NCBI RefSeq assembly: GCF_964213995.1
Contig: NC_135820.1
Coordinates: 34,286,001 to 34,350,000, forward strand
Direction of reading: 5' to 3'
Length of the DNA stretch: 64,000 bases
From: Mustelus asterias
Lineage: Eukaryota
Below the pieces are notes generated by a model. The model did not search any database, had not been told where the DNA came from, and worked only from the letters and a program-made list of their open reading frames with translations. A program made the position numbers and the translations under genes. Below, one piece after another: positions 1 to 13,669 of the stretch (its first letter is position 1; each line of letters opens with the position of its first letter).

Positions 1-102
1 AGAATGTGCAAACTCCACACAGACAGTGACCCAAGCTGGGAATCGAACCCAGGTCCCTGGAGCTGTGAAGCAGCATTGCTAACCACTGTGCTACCATGCC
101 GC
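1..102 (-). mobile_element. HE1-type tRNA-derived V-SINE, 5' part (cut by the window edge)
   Basis: A/B boxes (GGTAGCACAGTGG, GGTTCGATTCC) and V-core TGTGTGGAGTTTGCAC on the minus strand. Confidence 0.85.
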
Positions 103-819
103 TTTCATCCTTCGTTAGATCCTTCATCAGAACTCAAAAAGCTGTTTCTTGAGCTCATCCAAGTTGTCGGCGGTACTGGGACAATCACTTCACATTGGAA
201 ACAAGTGTGCAAATCGGCAATCTAATGCAGGTTTAATGCTTTATTTTCAACCCCTCCCCACGAAAAACTGAAACAATCTCGCTTTCAGGCACGTGGAAAT
301 TTAAAAGACAATTTATTGAGAGTAAACATACCCTCAAGGCACAGTCAAATCTCAAAGGCTAGGCTCACCCATAACAGAAAACTTCAAGCTTGGTATACAA
401 GTTACTACTAGTTATCACCTAGACTGCTTTGATGTAAACATCCATACCCTCTTTGTAGGTTGCTATATAAAGGACAATATAGCATGTGATACAAAACAGC
501 AATCCATTGAACAGATCGGGTAATATCATAAACTAAAAGAACAAAGGTTAAACCGTTTGTTCACATCTGCTGTTCCTCAAGATGGGTTCCTACCGTAAGC
601 ACACTCTGACCTGTGTTCATTTTATTGTACAACTCCACTGCTGTGTTTTGATGCTCAGCTGTCAGTCTAGCCTGTCCTTGTAATGTCACTGCTTAGGTTC
701 TCCCTGTGCAAAAGCTCCAGTCCAGCTTTCTTTATCGTTTTAAAAATATTGCTTTACATTTACAATGCATTGTGCCCCCTGAGTGTGACCGATGTGTGCT
801 AGATGCAACACTTTATCAA

Positions 820-1132
820 AGAATCCTACAGTGCAGAAGGAGGCCATTCGGCCCATCAAGTCTGCATTGACAATCCCACTCAGACCCTATCCACATAACC
901 CCACCTGTTTACCCTAGGTAGTCCCCCTTACACTAAGGGGCAATTTATTCTGGCCAATCCACTTAACCTGCAAATCTTTGGGCTTGGGAGGAAACCGGAG
1001 TACCCGGAGGAAACCCACGCAGACACAGAGAGAAAGTGCAAACTCCACACAGACAGTGACCTAAGCCAGGAATCAAACCCGGGTCCCTGGCGCTGAGAGG
1101 CAGCAGTGCTAACTACTGTGTCACTGTGCCAC
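820..1132 (-). mobile_element. HE1-type V-SINE, near full length
   Basis: tRNA head, V-core GGGTTTCCTCCGGGTACTCCGGTTTCCTCCC, CR1-like tail. Confidence 0.88.
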
Positions 1133-2559
1133 TGGTGTGTGCACCATTGCGCCCCCCTCGCTGTGCTTTGAAGGATACATTACTTTATAAAGGACAACAA
1201 CAGCAATAGATTGCATTTATATAGTGCCTTTAACATAGTAAAATATACCAAGACAGCAACAGTATCGCAGAGAACATTCATTATAATATTCTGTTATACA
1301 GTACAGTCTCATGTAGTCATGTGTATTCTGTTAAAGTCAAAAAGACTTAACTGTTGTGTGTTCTAGTAGTTAATCTGTAAGATCTCAAGTCAAAAATCTT
1401 AGTTTTATTATATATACAACAATGTCGCACATTTTTGTCCTTCGCACATCAAGCAGCAAACTTGGGCGTTCCATTTACCACACACAAATTCTGCATCGCA
1501 CTTTTAGTTGTCTGTTTCAGACAACAGCTCACAGCTAAGTGAATAAAGATACTATGGGCTAGCATATTGCAACCAGGAAATTGAGAAACTATCAAAGCTG
1601 GACTGTCAACAGTACATTTCCATAGAGTGAGTGTAAACCAATTCATTCAGCCCAAGAACTTTGTTCAGTTGATTTGAGCCTGCACCATCGAACTTTCCCA
1701 AATGTATTTACAGCGAACATAAAACTTCACATAAACAGCTGATAAAAAATTAACCAATTCTTGATTATATAATTGTCGATACTGTGTTATAAATGCCTGC
1801 AAAATGTTTTCTCTGATGTTTATTCTGTGTTACAAACCTGAATATCTGATTAGAGCTTGAATTATCGGTTTGGGATCTGTTTGCAGCATTTAAAATAACT
1901 GGCAGGATTTATTCTAATTGGCTGGATGCCTGTGTTATTTTATGATCCAGATTTCACTTTGGGCTCCCTCCCTTTAGAAATTCCAGCAAGGTCAATTTGA
2001 GTCTCAAGCTAGTGGGGTAGCATTCAGGAACTGGCAGCTGAGGCAGGCTACTTTTTAATAACAGTCTGTAATTGAACTGAATGAATTTTAGTGTTGATTT
2101 GGTATTCATTCGCACAGTTCATCTTGAGCCTCGAGGAGGAACAGAGATTTACAAATGACCTTATGTTCCTTGCTACTTTATTTAGTGAATGCAAATCCCC
2201 AAAGCCAAGTGATAGCCTCCTCATTTGTTGAATTTAAGATGATTAGTCTGCCACTGAGCCTGTAGAGGGAATTCTCCTTGGCAATGTGCAGCGTTGTTTG
2301 TGACTTTCCATAAGTGCATAAGGAGTTTGAACTGAGACCCCAGCAGTTGAAGTTGCCCTGGCTTGCCCCAAATCTAGTTAGCAAAGATCACTGGGTAGTT
2401 CCAGCCAGCTTGTGGGTTTTTCGGTGGCTATTTGGGGGAGTGATGTTTGCAAGGACAGGAAGCCAGGGGACGGGTATTGAGTGGAGAGTTCCAGTAATGA
2501 TTTACAACAAGATTTGGGTGTGATTACCTTTGCCAAATAATGTACAGTACTCTGCTTTG

Positions 2560-3250
2560 GACAAGTGCCGAGGCCCAAGGTTGGTTAGTAGATTGTTTCT
2601 GGTTTTGACTATTGCTGTTTTCTTTTCACATATTCGCAGAAGGACAAAGTCCTATCTAGAGTCACTCTCAAGTATGTTGGGTTGGGATTATGCTTTAGTC
2701 TCTGGCCATCCATGTAGATATGCAGATCTCGTGTGGCACTGGCATTTTTGAGGTGGCTACGCTGGATATGGTTTTAGTGGGGTTCATTGTGAGATGCCAC
2801 GTGCTGCAGTAGTCCAGCAACTTTGTAATGTCTTCATTAAGGATCTAGTCTAGAACACTGAAGGTTAGTGCTTGGTGGCACTATGGACATCATTGGCATG
2901 AATGAACTTGAGGAACGTGGCTGTTGGCAGTATATACGTTGACTAGAATCTGGATTAGCACCAAAGCCTTTGGTAGTTTGTTGGCCTTTGTCCTCCGTGT
3001 ACTACTTCCTTACCCAAGGTTCACTCTGCATTGTCTTTTGAGAAGGAGTGGTTCAACAATTGTCCCAACGCAGGTTGGAAGCATTCTGGACAGCTTTAGG
3101 ATGAAGCCAGTATCCCACACTGTATCTTTGGCAGCGGTGAAGTCCAACAGCACTATGCTTGCCTTCAGGTTCTTTTGGAAGCCATTTTTGATGTGGATGG
3201 TGCGTGCCAGAACTTGATCATATGCTGTGTCCCTTACGGAAACCAGCTAG
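2560..3250 (-). mobile_element. Degenerate Ingi/Vingi-type LINE RT fragment
   Basis: Minus-strand translations AGFRKGHS/DQVLARTIHIKNGFQKNLKASIVLLDFTAAKDTVWDTG and HNPNPTYLRVTLDRTLS. Confidence 0.65.
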
Positions 3251-4450
3251 GTCAACATTAAGGACGGTCTCTACTTCTGGGGATATGCATTGCACGGTAA
3301 CATTTGCTACTGAAGTTTGATTTTAAAATAGTTGAATCTTAATGGATGTATAACTAATTTAACAATGAATGTTCCACTTTAATCAGATTGAATCTTGAGA
3401 AACGAAAGGTACACACCAGATTTATACAGAATAAATTGCAGCTGGTTGCTATCGACATTAAAAAACTAAGAAGCATTGTATGTTTAAACTACATTGTCCA
3501 ATATACAAATAGGTTCCTCCCTGGAACTAATAGCCTCACAGGTCTATTTTATTAATTCAACACTTCATTTTTGCTGAGAATGTTTAGAATTCAAATATCT
3601 ATTTTTCCCTATTTCCTCCCAATTATCTTTCTTTCTGAAGGTAACAAGTCATATTTGGTTTTCGCTGTTGCTGGCTATTATCTGGTACTTTGCTGAAGTA
3701 ATATTTCTTCATGTGAGAGTCCAAACAGAGTCCAACCATGAGAGGCATCAGAGACGAGCCTGATCTATCTATCTTTTTATTGATGGTCATACTTTCCATC
3801 AGCCTTAAACAGATGGAAATCTGGAGTGAGGACTATTCCAATGGTTATTTATTTGTGTCCTTGTGCCTCTTTTCAAATCAGCTGCCTTCAAACAGGCCAA
3901 GGGGCAACAATCACTTTTGGTCCAAGTTAGGGGTCAGTGGTTATGGATGGATTGCCCCTTGTACACCTGACCCAATCATGCTTTCGACTGGAGCATATCT
4001 AGCTAGTTTTCCGCCCACATCCAAGTGAAAATGACCCCTTGGTGGCTTCCTGACTTTTGTGGCCCAGGATTAGACTTCTCTGCCACTGGGGAGGCTGCAG
4101 TATTTTACTTGTTGTAATTCCAGTCCCACCCCAATGTCAACTGCCCTCTAAAATGGCTAATCAACTCCCTATAGTCTCAAGAGTAAGGCCCATCATCACC
4201 GCCAACATCATCACATGTCAATGGAAACTGATCAGTAAATACCAGCCTTGCCAGTTAGTCACTTCATTAAAAATATTGTTTGAATGTGAAAAGTAGCTGG
4301 GGTCAGTTGTATGTTTGTCTAGGGGTATTGGACTCTGTAGGGAAAATGATATGTATTTGTTTTATCCAGCCCTAAGGAAATCTGATTCTCGGTGCAGTCA
4401 GGTGTAGTGTTTGGTGGAATAACACAGCGATCCTTTCTTTTCCCCAACAG

Positions 4451-4648
4451 ATTTCAGTACAGAGGTTCGAACACAATCAGATGCACCCCTTCCATTGGGT
4501 CAAAGAGCTGATAAAATCTCACCATCACCTACTACTCGTTTACCAACCAGTGACTCCTCCACATCAGAACATCACCAAAAGAGGTTTGCTGCACGGTTGC
4601 TGGATCTCAACAGTGATCTGTTACATTCAGGAGTTGCTTGTTTACCAG
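4451..4648 (+). CDS. RhoGEF exon A (phase 1/1) ...FSTEVRTQSDAPL...LLDLNSDLLHSGVACLPG
   Basis: Acceptor tttctttttccccaacAG, donor CCAG|gtaccc; ends in the conserved LLxSGxxxLPG motif at the start of the Sec14-like region. Confidence 0.8.
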
Positions 4649-5832
4649 GTACCCTTCATTCCAGTCAAACTATCAGCAATAAATGCAAAAGCACAGGGAA
4701 ACTGGGTCTGAATTTTCCAGCAAATCTCAGGATAACACGGGTGTCCTGAGCCTGCGCCCATCAGGGTGTTTTTCACTCCGTCCTTTGGAGAGGCGGCCAC
4801 TTCTGCATCACCATCAATCAGGATAGTGGGATCCTGAGATGGGAGACTCTGAGAGCCTGCAGCATATGCCGGCCAGCTGGCAGCCCCACTAGGAAAAGTG
4901 AATGCTGCTGATGTAGGTCGAGGAGTGTGAGGGCATGGCAAGGTGGAGGTGCTCTCTGAATAGTTTGGCAAAGTTAAAACTGAATAATGCCCACAACTGT
5001 CAGGCCACCACTGTGGATGGGGCAGGATTGCTTGTGGCTGTGACAGCAGCCCTCTGATCAGAGCAGCAATGCTACAGGGTGAGTCATAGGAGGTGTTTAT
5101 AGCCCCCTGGCCTTCCTTGGGGTGGCTACCTCAGTTAGCTGCCAGGCTGCAGCCTCATTGGGTGGCCCATCTGAATCCGGAAGGTCTGGGCGGCTTCAGC
5201 AATTTGCACCCAAGTAGGCACTTAAGTTTCCTAATTGTCTACCCACTGCTGTTGGGCAGGTAACTAGTGCCAGTTTAACTAACCCCTGGCAAGATCACCC
5301 AGAGGCAAGAATGTATCAAGGAGACAATGTAATTCATATTTTCTCATTTTGCACCCAACCTTTCCTCCAAAGTCCCTTCGAGAATTTAGCCCAGAGTCCT
5401 ATGTATGATAACATGTTCAGAATAACATGAAGAACATTGAAGGCATTATTTTCTAAAATTAACAGTGTTGGAGCCAGAAGTTCTCAAGCCCAGTGCATTT
5501 TTAAATCTCTAAGGCATATGCCATCTCTCTAAATATCAAGAAAATGCTATTCAACAAACACTGAGCAAAATTAGTTCATAGATTATTCACTTTTGATAAC
5601 TCTGGGAGTTGTTACAGTGCAGTAAAATTAGCAGATGCAAAATGCATTTCATAATTGTAGCCCAATGATTGAAATATGCTCCTAGATATTTTATTATAAA
5701 AATACAGCTGAGGGATTAACAGAGAATGATAGTGAATGGTTATTTTTCAGACAAGAGTGGGGTATACAGTGATGTTCTTCAATGGTCCACCGCTCTTTTT
5801 GATACTCTGTTCACCAGATTGATTCCAAGGTT

Positions 5833-5976
5833 NNNNNNNNNNNNNNNNNNNNNNNNNNNNNNNNNNNNNNNNNNNNNNNNNNNNNNNNNNNNNNNNNNNN
5901 NNNNNNNNNNNNNNNNNNNNNNNNNNNNNNNNNNNNNNNNNNNNNNNNNNNNNNNNNNNNNNNNNNNNNNNNNNNN
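5833..5976. other. Assembly gap (144 N)
   Basis: Run of N. Confidence 1.
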
Positions 5977-6089
5977 GCTGTCCTGGGTGTATCCTGCCTG
6001 ATGCCGATGTCCGTCGAGATAGGCTCTGACTCCCCATGACCCTGAATCAGAGTAAGCGGTTCAGTGAAGTGAAGTGAAGTGAAACAGAA

Positions 6090-7800
6090 AAGATTCTAAG
6101 AGGGTCAGAGATGATGAGAAATTGCAGGACAACTTGAGAAGGTTGTTAGAAAGCAGGTAGCACTTTTAATTTTATAAAGAAGAGTACAGATTACAAAAGC
6201 AAGGAGCTTATGTTAAAGCTTTATAAAATGCTGGTTAGACCTCAGCTTGAGTATTGTGTTAAATTCAGAGCACCACACTGTAGGAAGATTGCCAATGGAC
6301 TTTTGGATGGCCTGCAGCATTCCACTCCCCTCCCCCGCACCCCACCCCTCCCCGCACCCTCCATGGCATCTCCCACCACGGCAGGTCTGAAAAATCCCGA
6401 CCCAGGTTCCAGACCTTGATCAGTTCCCGGTAAAAGACCTGCAAAGATGTATGGGACTCCCCAGATTTATAAACCAGAGTTGTGTGTCATAGTTGAAGCT
6501 GTGCAGCTGACTGATGGAAGGAATGTGTTACCAGTATACACCATCTAGGAGGGGGTGTGTTGGTAATTCTGCTTGGACTGAAGGCAAAATGTCACCACTA
6601 GGAGTGAAGAAACGCCAGAGCCAGATTGTCTTCCCTAAGCGGGATTTCAGTGCCTCAGCAGAGATCCAGAGCACACTTTTGTCCAGGTAGAAATTTAGTG
6701 TCTCCTATAACTTGATGACAAAACTCGGGGAGGAAGCAAAGTGACCAACTGATACTACAGCTAACGTGATGTGAGAATAAACCTTTTCACACAGCGGGTG
6801 GTTCAGGTCTGAAACGCACTGCATAGAAGTATGGTGGAGGCAGGTTCAATCAGGACATTCAAGTGGATATTAAATGATGAACCAATGTGCAGGGATATGG
6901 GGGAAAAGCAGGGAATACTGAATTGGAGAGCTGATGCAGACACAATGGGCAGGATTTTATGGTCTCGCTGTTTCCAAAACTGTAAAATCCCGCCAGAGGT
7001 CAGCAGAACTTTCCATGGTCTGCCCCTCAACCACTCCGATTCCTGTGGCGGGCAGGATGGCAAAATTCCTGCCAGTGGGTCAAATTGCCCTTTCTTCGCT
7101 GTAACAATTCTATGATTCGATGAACATGGCAGCCACTAGTTGATTTATGAGCAGCGATCTTGCAACCCAGAAATAAATCCTCTCTTCCACACTCTGTGAA
7201 TCAACTTTCAGTCAGTTGATGCAGAGATGCAGATAATCAAACATGTGCTTCCTCACAGTGAGACATTGCAAATGTCAACTCTACAACAAATGCCTCTTGT
7301 TAAGTGTACAATTGTCCAATGAGTGTCCCACCTGTACACACTTAACCTTAATTCATATTAACATTAGAATGTGCGCAGGGGAGATTGACCAGAATGGGAA
7401 CAAGGCTGAAGGACTTCAGTTATGTGGTGAGACATAAGAATCTGGGGTTGTCCTCCTAAGAGCAGAGACGGTCAGGAGGAGATTTGACATCAATGTGTAA
7501 AATCATGAATGGTTTTGATTGAGTAAATAGGGAGGTGACATTAACCAGAGGAAGCAGATTTGAGGTGATTGAGAAGCAGGTGGCATGAGGAATGTTTTTT
7601 TTTCATAGAAAGTTGGTATCTGGAACTGTGCTGCCAGAAAGGATGCTGGGAGCAGATTCAGGAGAGAATTGGATAAATACTTGAAGGGAAAAAGTACAGG
7701 ACTCGTAGGAAAGAGAGGCAGTGAGATTAATTGGACAGCTTTACCAGGATGATGGACTGAATGGCCTCCTGTGCTGTATCATTTTATGATTCAATGATAT
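6090..7800 (+). mobile_element. Patchwork of decayed CR1 3' fragments with inserted MITEs
   Basis: LYKMLVRPQLEYCV (6210-6260), FTQRVV...VEAGSI (6785-6860) and a second CR1 3' end at 7370-7795. Confidence 0.7.
6947..7073. mobile_element. MITE with GGCAGGATTTT/AAAATTCCTGCC TIRs
   Basis: Imperfect terminal inverted repeats; interrupts a CR1 3' UTR. Confidence 0.65.
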
Positions 7801-8916
7801 GTTTTTTGGAGTTTTCTTTTTGTGGTTATGTCTTCTAGAAAGGAAATTCAGGCTGAGGATCTTGATAGTAGTGGGCAGTGGTACTGGAGAAAGAGCAAGT
7901 CGGAGTAACCTTGCCTTGATGGTGTCGAAGCAGATTGTCCATTACTGCGCTGGGATATCATGTCAGGCCCCAACATTTACACCATCCTTATCACTGGTGG
8001 CCTTGCATATTGGGAAAATGATATGAATTGTTCACCATTAATTACAAAGGCACTGTTTGTAACGTATTGAAGATGCTGACTATTCCAGGAAGTTTAATAA
8101 GTCCTTTTTTAAAAAGCTCTGCTGATTTCCACCAACCTGCTTCAGTTGAAGTAGCTCAGTGTTGAGATTAAGGATACAACTGTTAACATGTGGGATAGAC
8201 GGTTGCTAACTGGAGATCAGGGCAGAGCACCTGGGGTGGGCTGGCGGGCAAGGGGATGAGAAAACAAGTGGCTTGATGGGATAGGCACCATGCCCTTTGC
8301 TATCTGCCTCCACTGGGATTCTTACCAATGGTGAGTTGGTGATGTGGGGTGGGGTGGAAGGTGGTGGGTGGGGAGGGCTGTCCTACCTGCTCTTAGGCCA
8401 ACTGAGGCCCTTAATGATCACTCAAAGGCCTCTGCCTGCCATTGTTCGTAGTTTATGATGCCCACCCCATGTAATAAGGCTGCCAGGTAAACGCTAGTGG
8501 TCTGGCTGCAGACTGAGGATCAACCCCTTCTATTCAGAGATTCTGTGCCCAATAGAGGCAACCCCCAATGGTGATCACTGCCCCCTTCTTCCTCACTGGT
8601 CAACCCGTCATGGCCCTTACATCGTCTTGTTGGGGCCTGCCTGACTGACCCTCACTTAACCTGGGAGTCATGGCCTCCAGTTCGTGGGGAACTGGCTGTG
8701 GACTGCAGATATGCCTGCAATCTAAGTGGTTATAAAATTAGCTGAGGATTTCCTGGGCAGACTTTTCCCTGACTTTTCAGCCTTTGTTTGGCCTTTCTGT
8801 GTTTTTAAAATATGCTGGTGACTAACCATTTTCATTACATACCTCCCCCACATATAACAGATAAATCACATTAACACCAATATATCTGCTATAAACTATT
8901 GGGACTGTGGCAGGTT

Positions 8917-9121
8917 ATCGTAGAATCACTACAGTGCAGAAGGAGGCCATTTGGCCCATTGAGCCTGCACCAACAACAATCGTACCCAGGCCCTATCCCT
9001 GTAACCCCACATATTTACTCTGCTAGTCCCCCTGACACTAAGGGGCAATTTAGCTTGGCCAATCAACCTAACCCACACATCTTTGGAGTGTGGGAGGAAA
9101 CTGGAGCACCCGGAGGAAACC
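8917..9121 (-). mobile_element. HE1-type V-SINE, 3' part
   Basis: Tail and V-core match the other copies. Confidence 0.85.
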
Positions 9122-9508
9122 ATCCATGCTAAAGTACTAAGATAATTTTCCAAATTTGATACTGAGTAGTTTAGTTAATTCCATAGACATTAAAAATACG
9201 TATGTGTGAAAACGGCACTAAAGCTGATCCAGTAACAAAATGGTTAGGAAGTTGATAAATTACATTTTACTTCTGTGAATTGTGGAAATGCCATCTCCTC
9301 TCAACATGATAGCAAATCAGAGAAAGATTCTCATTCTGTGACTGGGCATCATAGAAGATATGAAGAAATTTCTCATTCAGTGACTGGAGCTTACATTTTA
9401 AATATATATAGTATTAAGCAAGTGCCAAAGTGGTTTAATAAGAGAGCTGGGTGAATGGTGCACCAAGTGCCTATTAAATAACTTTACATTCTTTTCTGAT
9501 CTTTCCAG

Positions 9509-9632
9509 GAAGCAGGGATAAGGCAGGGAGAGCTGTGTTACAAGTCTGCAACGATAACTGGCTTTTACAGAGTCCAAGCTGCACCAGTGATGACCTTGCC
9601 AGACTCCTCCTGTACTTGTACAGCATCCCCAG
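9509..9632 (+). CDS. RhoGEF exon B (G)SRDKAGRAVLQVCNDNW...LARLLLYLYSIP(R)
   Basis: Acceptor ctttccAG, donor AG|gtgaaa; phase 1/2; Trio/Kalirin-like Sec14 motif GxRDxxGR. Confidence 0.9.
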
Positions 9633-10319
9633 GTGAAACTTTCCTTCTCTATTGTTGCCTGATGTCAGGAAACCATTGCAAACTTTGAGGGACCGCACGT
9701 TTTTCAGCTCTTGTTTGACTTTTGCAAGAAATAAAGGCTGATTCTCTACTGGACAGATTGCAAACAGATTGGTGCATTTAATAGCAGGAAAATCACATCT
9801 AGTCAAAACAGTGGTAATGTGCTGGCCAGCCAAGAAACAATCCAGCTCCACTCAGACTTGGCTGGACTGTTCAGACCAGGCAGGAAATGAGCTTTAATCA
9901 ACTTGGCTTGGCTGGATTTCGATCCTTGCTTTAAAAAGAATGCTCTATGGTTCAAGAAGTTCAATGCTGAAACAATGAGAAACTCAAAGCTGAGGCATGT
10001 TATCATTTGTTCTGTTGACTTAGAACTCAGCACCTCCAATGCTTGGTCGTGAAGAACAGGATCATGCTAGCACACAGCCGGGCTAGTAATCTAGAAGCTT
10101 GGAATAATGCTCTGGTGACTTGAGTTCAGATCCCACCATGCAGCTTGGGGAATTAAAAAAGTTACTTAATAAAATCTGTAATTAAAAAAGCTAATTTAAT
10201 TAATGATGGTTATAAAATGTCCAGGTTGTTGTAAAAATCTCTTTGACTCATGAAGGTGCTTTAGGTAAGGAAATCTGCCATCCTTCCTTGACTTGATCTA
10301 CATATAACTGTCATGGCTA

Positions 10320-11440
10320 CTCAGTTCCAGACCTCATTACAGCCCTTGTCTAAAAGAGCTCAGTTTAAGTGGTGAGATGAGAATGACTGCCTTTGCTATG
10401 AAGATAGCATTTGACTGAGCGTGGCATTAAGGTGCACTGGCAAAATTGAAGTCAATGTGAATGAGTGGGAGAACACTCCACTGGTTGGAGCCATACCTAG
10501 CACAATGAAGATGTTTATGGTGGTTGGAGATCAATCATCTCAGTCTCAGGACATCACTGCAGAAGTTCTAGGTCCTAGGACCTAGGACCAACCATCTTCA
10601 GCTGCTTCATCAGTGAACCTCGTTCCATCATAAGGTCAGAATTAGTGGGGACCTTTGCTGATGATTTCACAATGTTATGATCAGATACTGAAACAGTCCA
10701 TGCCACAGCACGACCTGGACAACGTTAAGTTTGGGCTGAAAGTGGCAAGTAACATTCACACTACATAATGACACTTTCTAATAAGAAATAATCCAACTAT
10801 CTCTCCTTACCGTTCAACAATACCATTATTGAATCCCCCACCAGCAACATCCTCACAATTGACCTGGCATTGAATTGGACTATATAATCACAGGCCACAA
10901 GCGCAGGTCAGAGGCTGGCAATTTTGCAGAGAGCAAATCACATCCTGATTCCCCAGAGCCTGTCCACCATCAACAAGGCACATGTCAACAGTGTGATGGA
11001 ATACTCTCCGCTTGCCTGAATGAGTGCAGCTCCAACAACACTCAAGCTCGACACCCATGCAAGACAAAGCAGCCTGCATAACAAGCACCCAATTAACGAC
11101 CTCTAATATTCACTCCTTCCACCACTGATTCAGCTCTGTACTGTACTGTACAGAACAGGCACTGCGGCAACTCGTCACAGCACTTTTCAAACCCATAACC
11201 CTTCTACCATCCAGAAGGATAAAGGCGGCTGATGCATAGGAACACCATCTGCAAGCTATCCTCCAAGCCACACATCATCCTGACTCAACTATATCACCGT
11301 TCCCTCACCATCATTGGGTCAAAATCCTGGAACTCCCTCCCTAACAGTAGGTGTACCTGCTCGAGATGGCCCACAGTGGTTCAAAAAGACAGCTCACCAC
11401 AATTCTCAAGAACACTTAGGGATGAGCAGGAAATGCTGAC
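10320..11440 (+). mobile_element. Decayed L2/CR1-group LINE (second family) RT C-terminus and 3' UTR
   Basis: FADD-like GACCTTTGCTGATGAT and the SVMEYSP block; same family at 17265-17900 and 50520-51055. Confidence 0.65.
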
Positions 11441-11839
11441 TTTTTTAGATTATTTGAAACATGAAAACATTAAGCTGTCCGCGCACTAGGCCTGACTACT
11501 GGGATATAGTGGGTATTCAGTACAGTAAGGCAGTCAGTGGCAGAGTGGGGTTCTACTTTATATAAAGCAGACTTTGTGTTATCATTTCATTCAGTTAGAG
11601 GAAAAGTGATCTTTGTAAATACTATCAAAATGATGCAGAAAGCTGGTAAAATTGCATTGATCCTGATGTGCCAACTTTATTCAGTATCTTTCTCTAAGTG
11701 TCCAATTGCTCCAGTTATCTGTTGTCTGTGCCATTGTTGGCAATGTGCAAGTCAAAAATTAACTGTTTAGCAGTGCCACCTAATGGCAATAAAGTTCTAA
11801 TTTGCAACATAGTTTCCCATTCGAAAGTAAAGGCAGACT

Positions 11840-12215
11840 CGTATTTCTATATGTCTTTCACAGCCATGGGATGTCTCAAAACACTTAACAGTCAACCAAG
11901 TATTTTTAAAGCATAGTCACTCCTGTAATGAAGGCAAACAAGGCAGCAAAGTCCCTCAAACAGCAATGTGATAATGGTCAGATTATCGTTTTAGTGATAT
12001 TTGTTGATAGTTAAATATTGGCCAGGACACTGGAGAGAACCGCTCGACTTATCTTTGAAACTGTGCCCCGGGTGTTTTATTGCCTCATCCGAAAACAGCA
12101 CCTCGAGCATACAGCAATCCTTCAATACCACACTGAGGTGTCAGCCTGGATTACCCAAGTTGCTAGAGTGAGACTTGAAACCAGCCTCCTGAGTTAGAGG
12201 CGAGAGTTATACCAG
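11840..12215 (-). mobile_element. Deu-domain SINE (SacSINE1/AmnSINE1-like), decayed
   Basis: AAACAGCAATGTGATAATG...AAATATTGGCCAGGACAC...CTCATCCGAAA core recalled from the Deu domain. Confidence 0.6.
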
Positions 12216-12916
12216 AGACCATAAAATCATTTCCTATAACTTATCCAGTCAACAGCAACATTCTTAAGCTGTCAGGTATATTTTTATATGTATTTGTCCA
12301 TGGGATTTGGTTGTGCTGACATGGTGATATATATTAACCACCCTTGCTTGATACGAAAAGGTGGAAATAAGCCATTTCCTTGAACTACTGCAGTGTCTCT
12401 GGTTGATGAAGCTGTCACACCAGTATTAGGCAGAGAATTTTAGGATTTTGATCCAGTGACAATAAAGAAACCATCACAAGTGCCCATCAAGGTGATGTGT
12501 GTCTTGAAGCTGATGGTGTTCTAATTTCTTTTATTCATTCCTGGGACATGGGCATTGCTGGCTAGCCAGCATTTTATTGCCCATCCCTCGTTGCCCTTGA
12601 ACTGAAATGCTTGTTAGGCCATTTCAGAAGGCAGTTAAGAGTCAACCATATTGCTGTAGCTCTGGAGTCACATTAGTCACAAAATTAACTAACAGTTGAA
12701 AAACAAGAGGGTGAAAATTTCTGCTATTAATTGTGAAGGGGACAGATTCGTGAAAGGGTTCCCACACATATATTTGGGCATCGTACCTCACTTCAATCTT
12801 TTGGGCACCCGTGGTTAATTATTCCAATGATTATAAATAGTAAACAAAAGCTGAAGTGAAAATTTAATTGTTCAGCAAAGATTCTTTAATTTTATTCTTA
12901 ACCTTTCTTATCATAG

Positions 12917-13010
12917 GAAGGAAGTTCGGGATCTGGGATTAACAATCGTTGTAGATGCCCGGAGACGTCCACCTCATGTTGCATTGTTTAAAGCTTTTGG
13001 ATCTCTTCAG
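12917..13010 (+). CDS. RhoGEF exon C KEVRDLGLTIVVDARRRPPHVALFKAFGSLQ
   Basis: Acceptor tcatAG, donor CAG|gtgaat; phase 2/0; GLTIVVDAR motif. Confidence 0.9.
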
Positions 13011-13669
13011 GTGAATATGGATAAAATTGGATACGGAATGTCCCCAGGACATTTTTAAAGACCCACTTCCCCTTCTCATCATTGTTATGAGCATACAAAT
13101 TATGACAGACAGGAAACTAGCCCATTCATCCTGACTCACAGAACAATGCCTCACAATGTATACACTGCTCCTCCTCACACGCAAAACAGGTGATCTCCTG
13201 GGACAGGTAAAGTACACCAATGAATTTTGGGGGAAAGAAAATCTGGAAAATTCGTTTCCAACTCGAGATGATTGAAACCTAGTCCAAGAGATCACTCTGG
13301 CCTTGTTCTACATTACAGCAGGTTTGCCTATTGTATGAGGTGCTTTAAAATCCAGCCAGAAACTATTCCAGTTCTGGCATGAAGCGATTCGCGGCATCTC
13401 GGTTCATTACACATCCTAATCCACAAATCCATTACTCTCTGAACAAAGAAGCATCTTCTCCTAACATCTAACCTAGTTGCCCTTTACACCACTTGGGATT
13501 CTGATTGCTGGTCCTCCCTGGTTTATTTATTTGAAGCTATTTGTCCACCCAAACACTATCCTATCTCTTCTTTATCTTAGAAATCTGAAACAAATTGAGG
13601 TAACTTTCATCATTTCTATTTGAAGACACCACTTACCTAAGTCAAAGGTTCCCAACAGTTGGGTCTGGT

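Noticed and set aside
1-4450. Additional upstream RhoGEF exon or promoter
   Set aside because: I could not support a convincing phase-1 exon or CpG island; the region is mostly decayed repeats.
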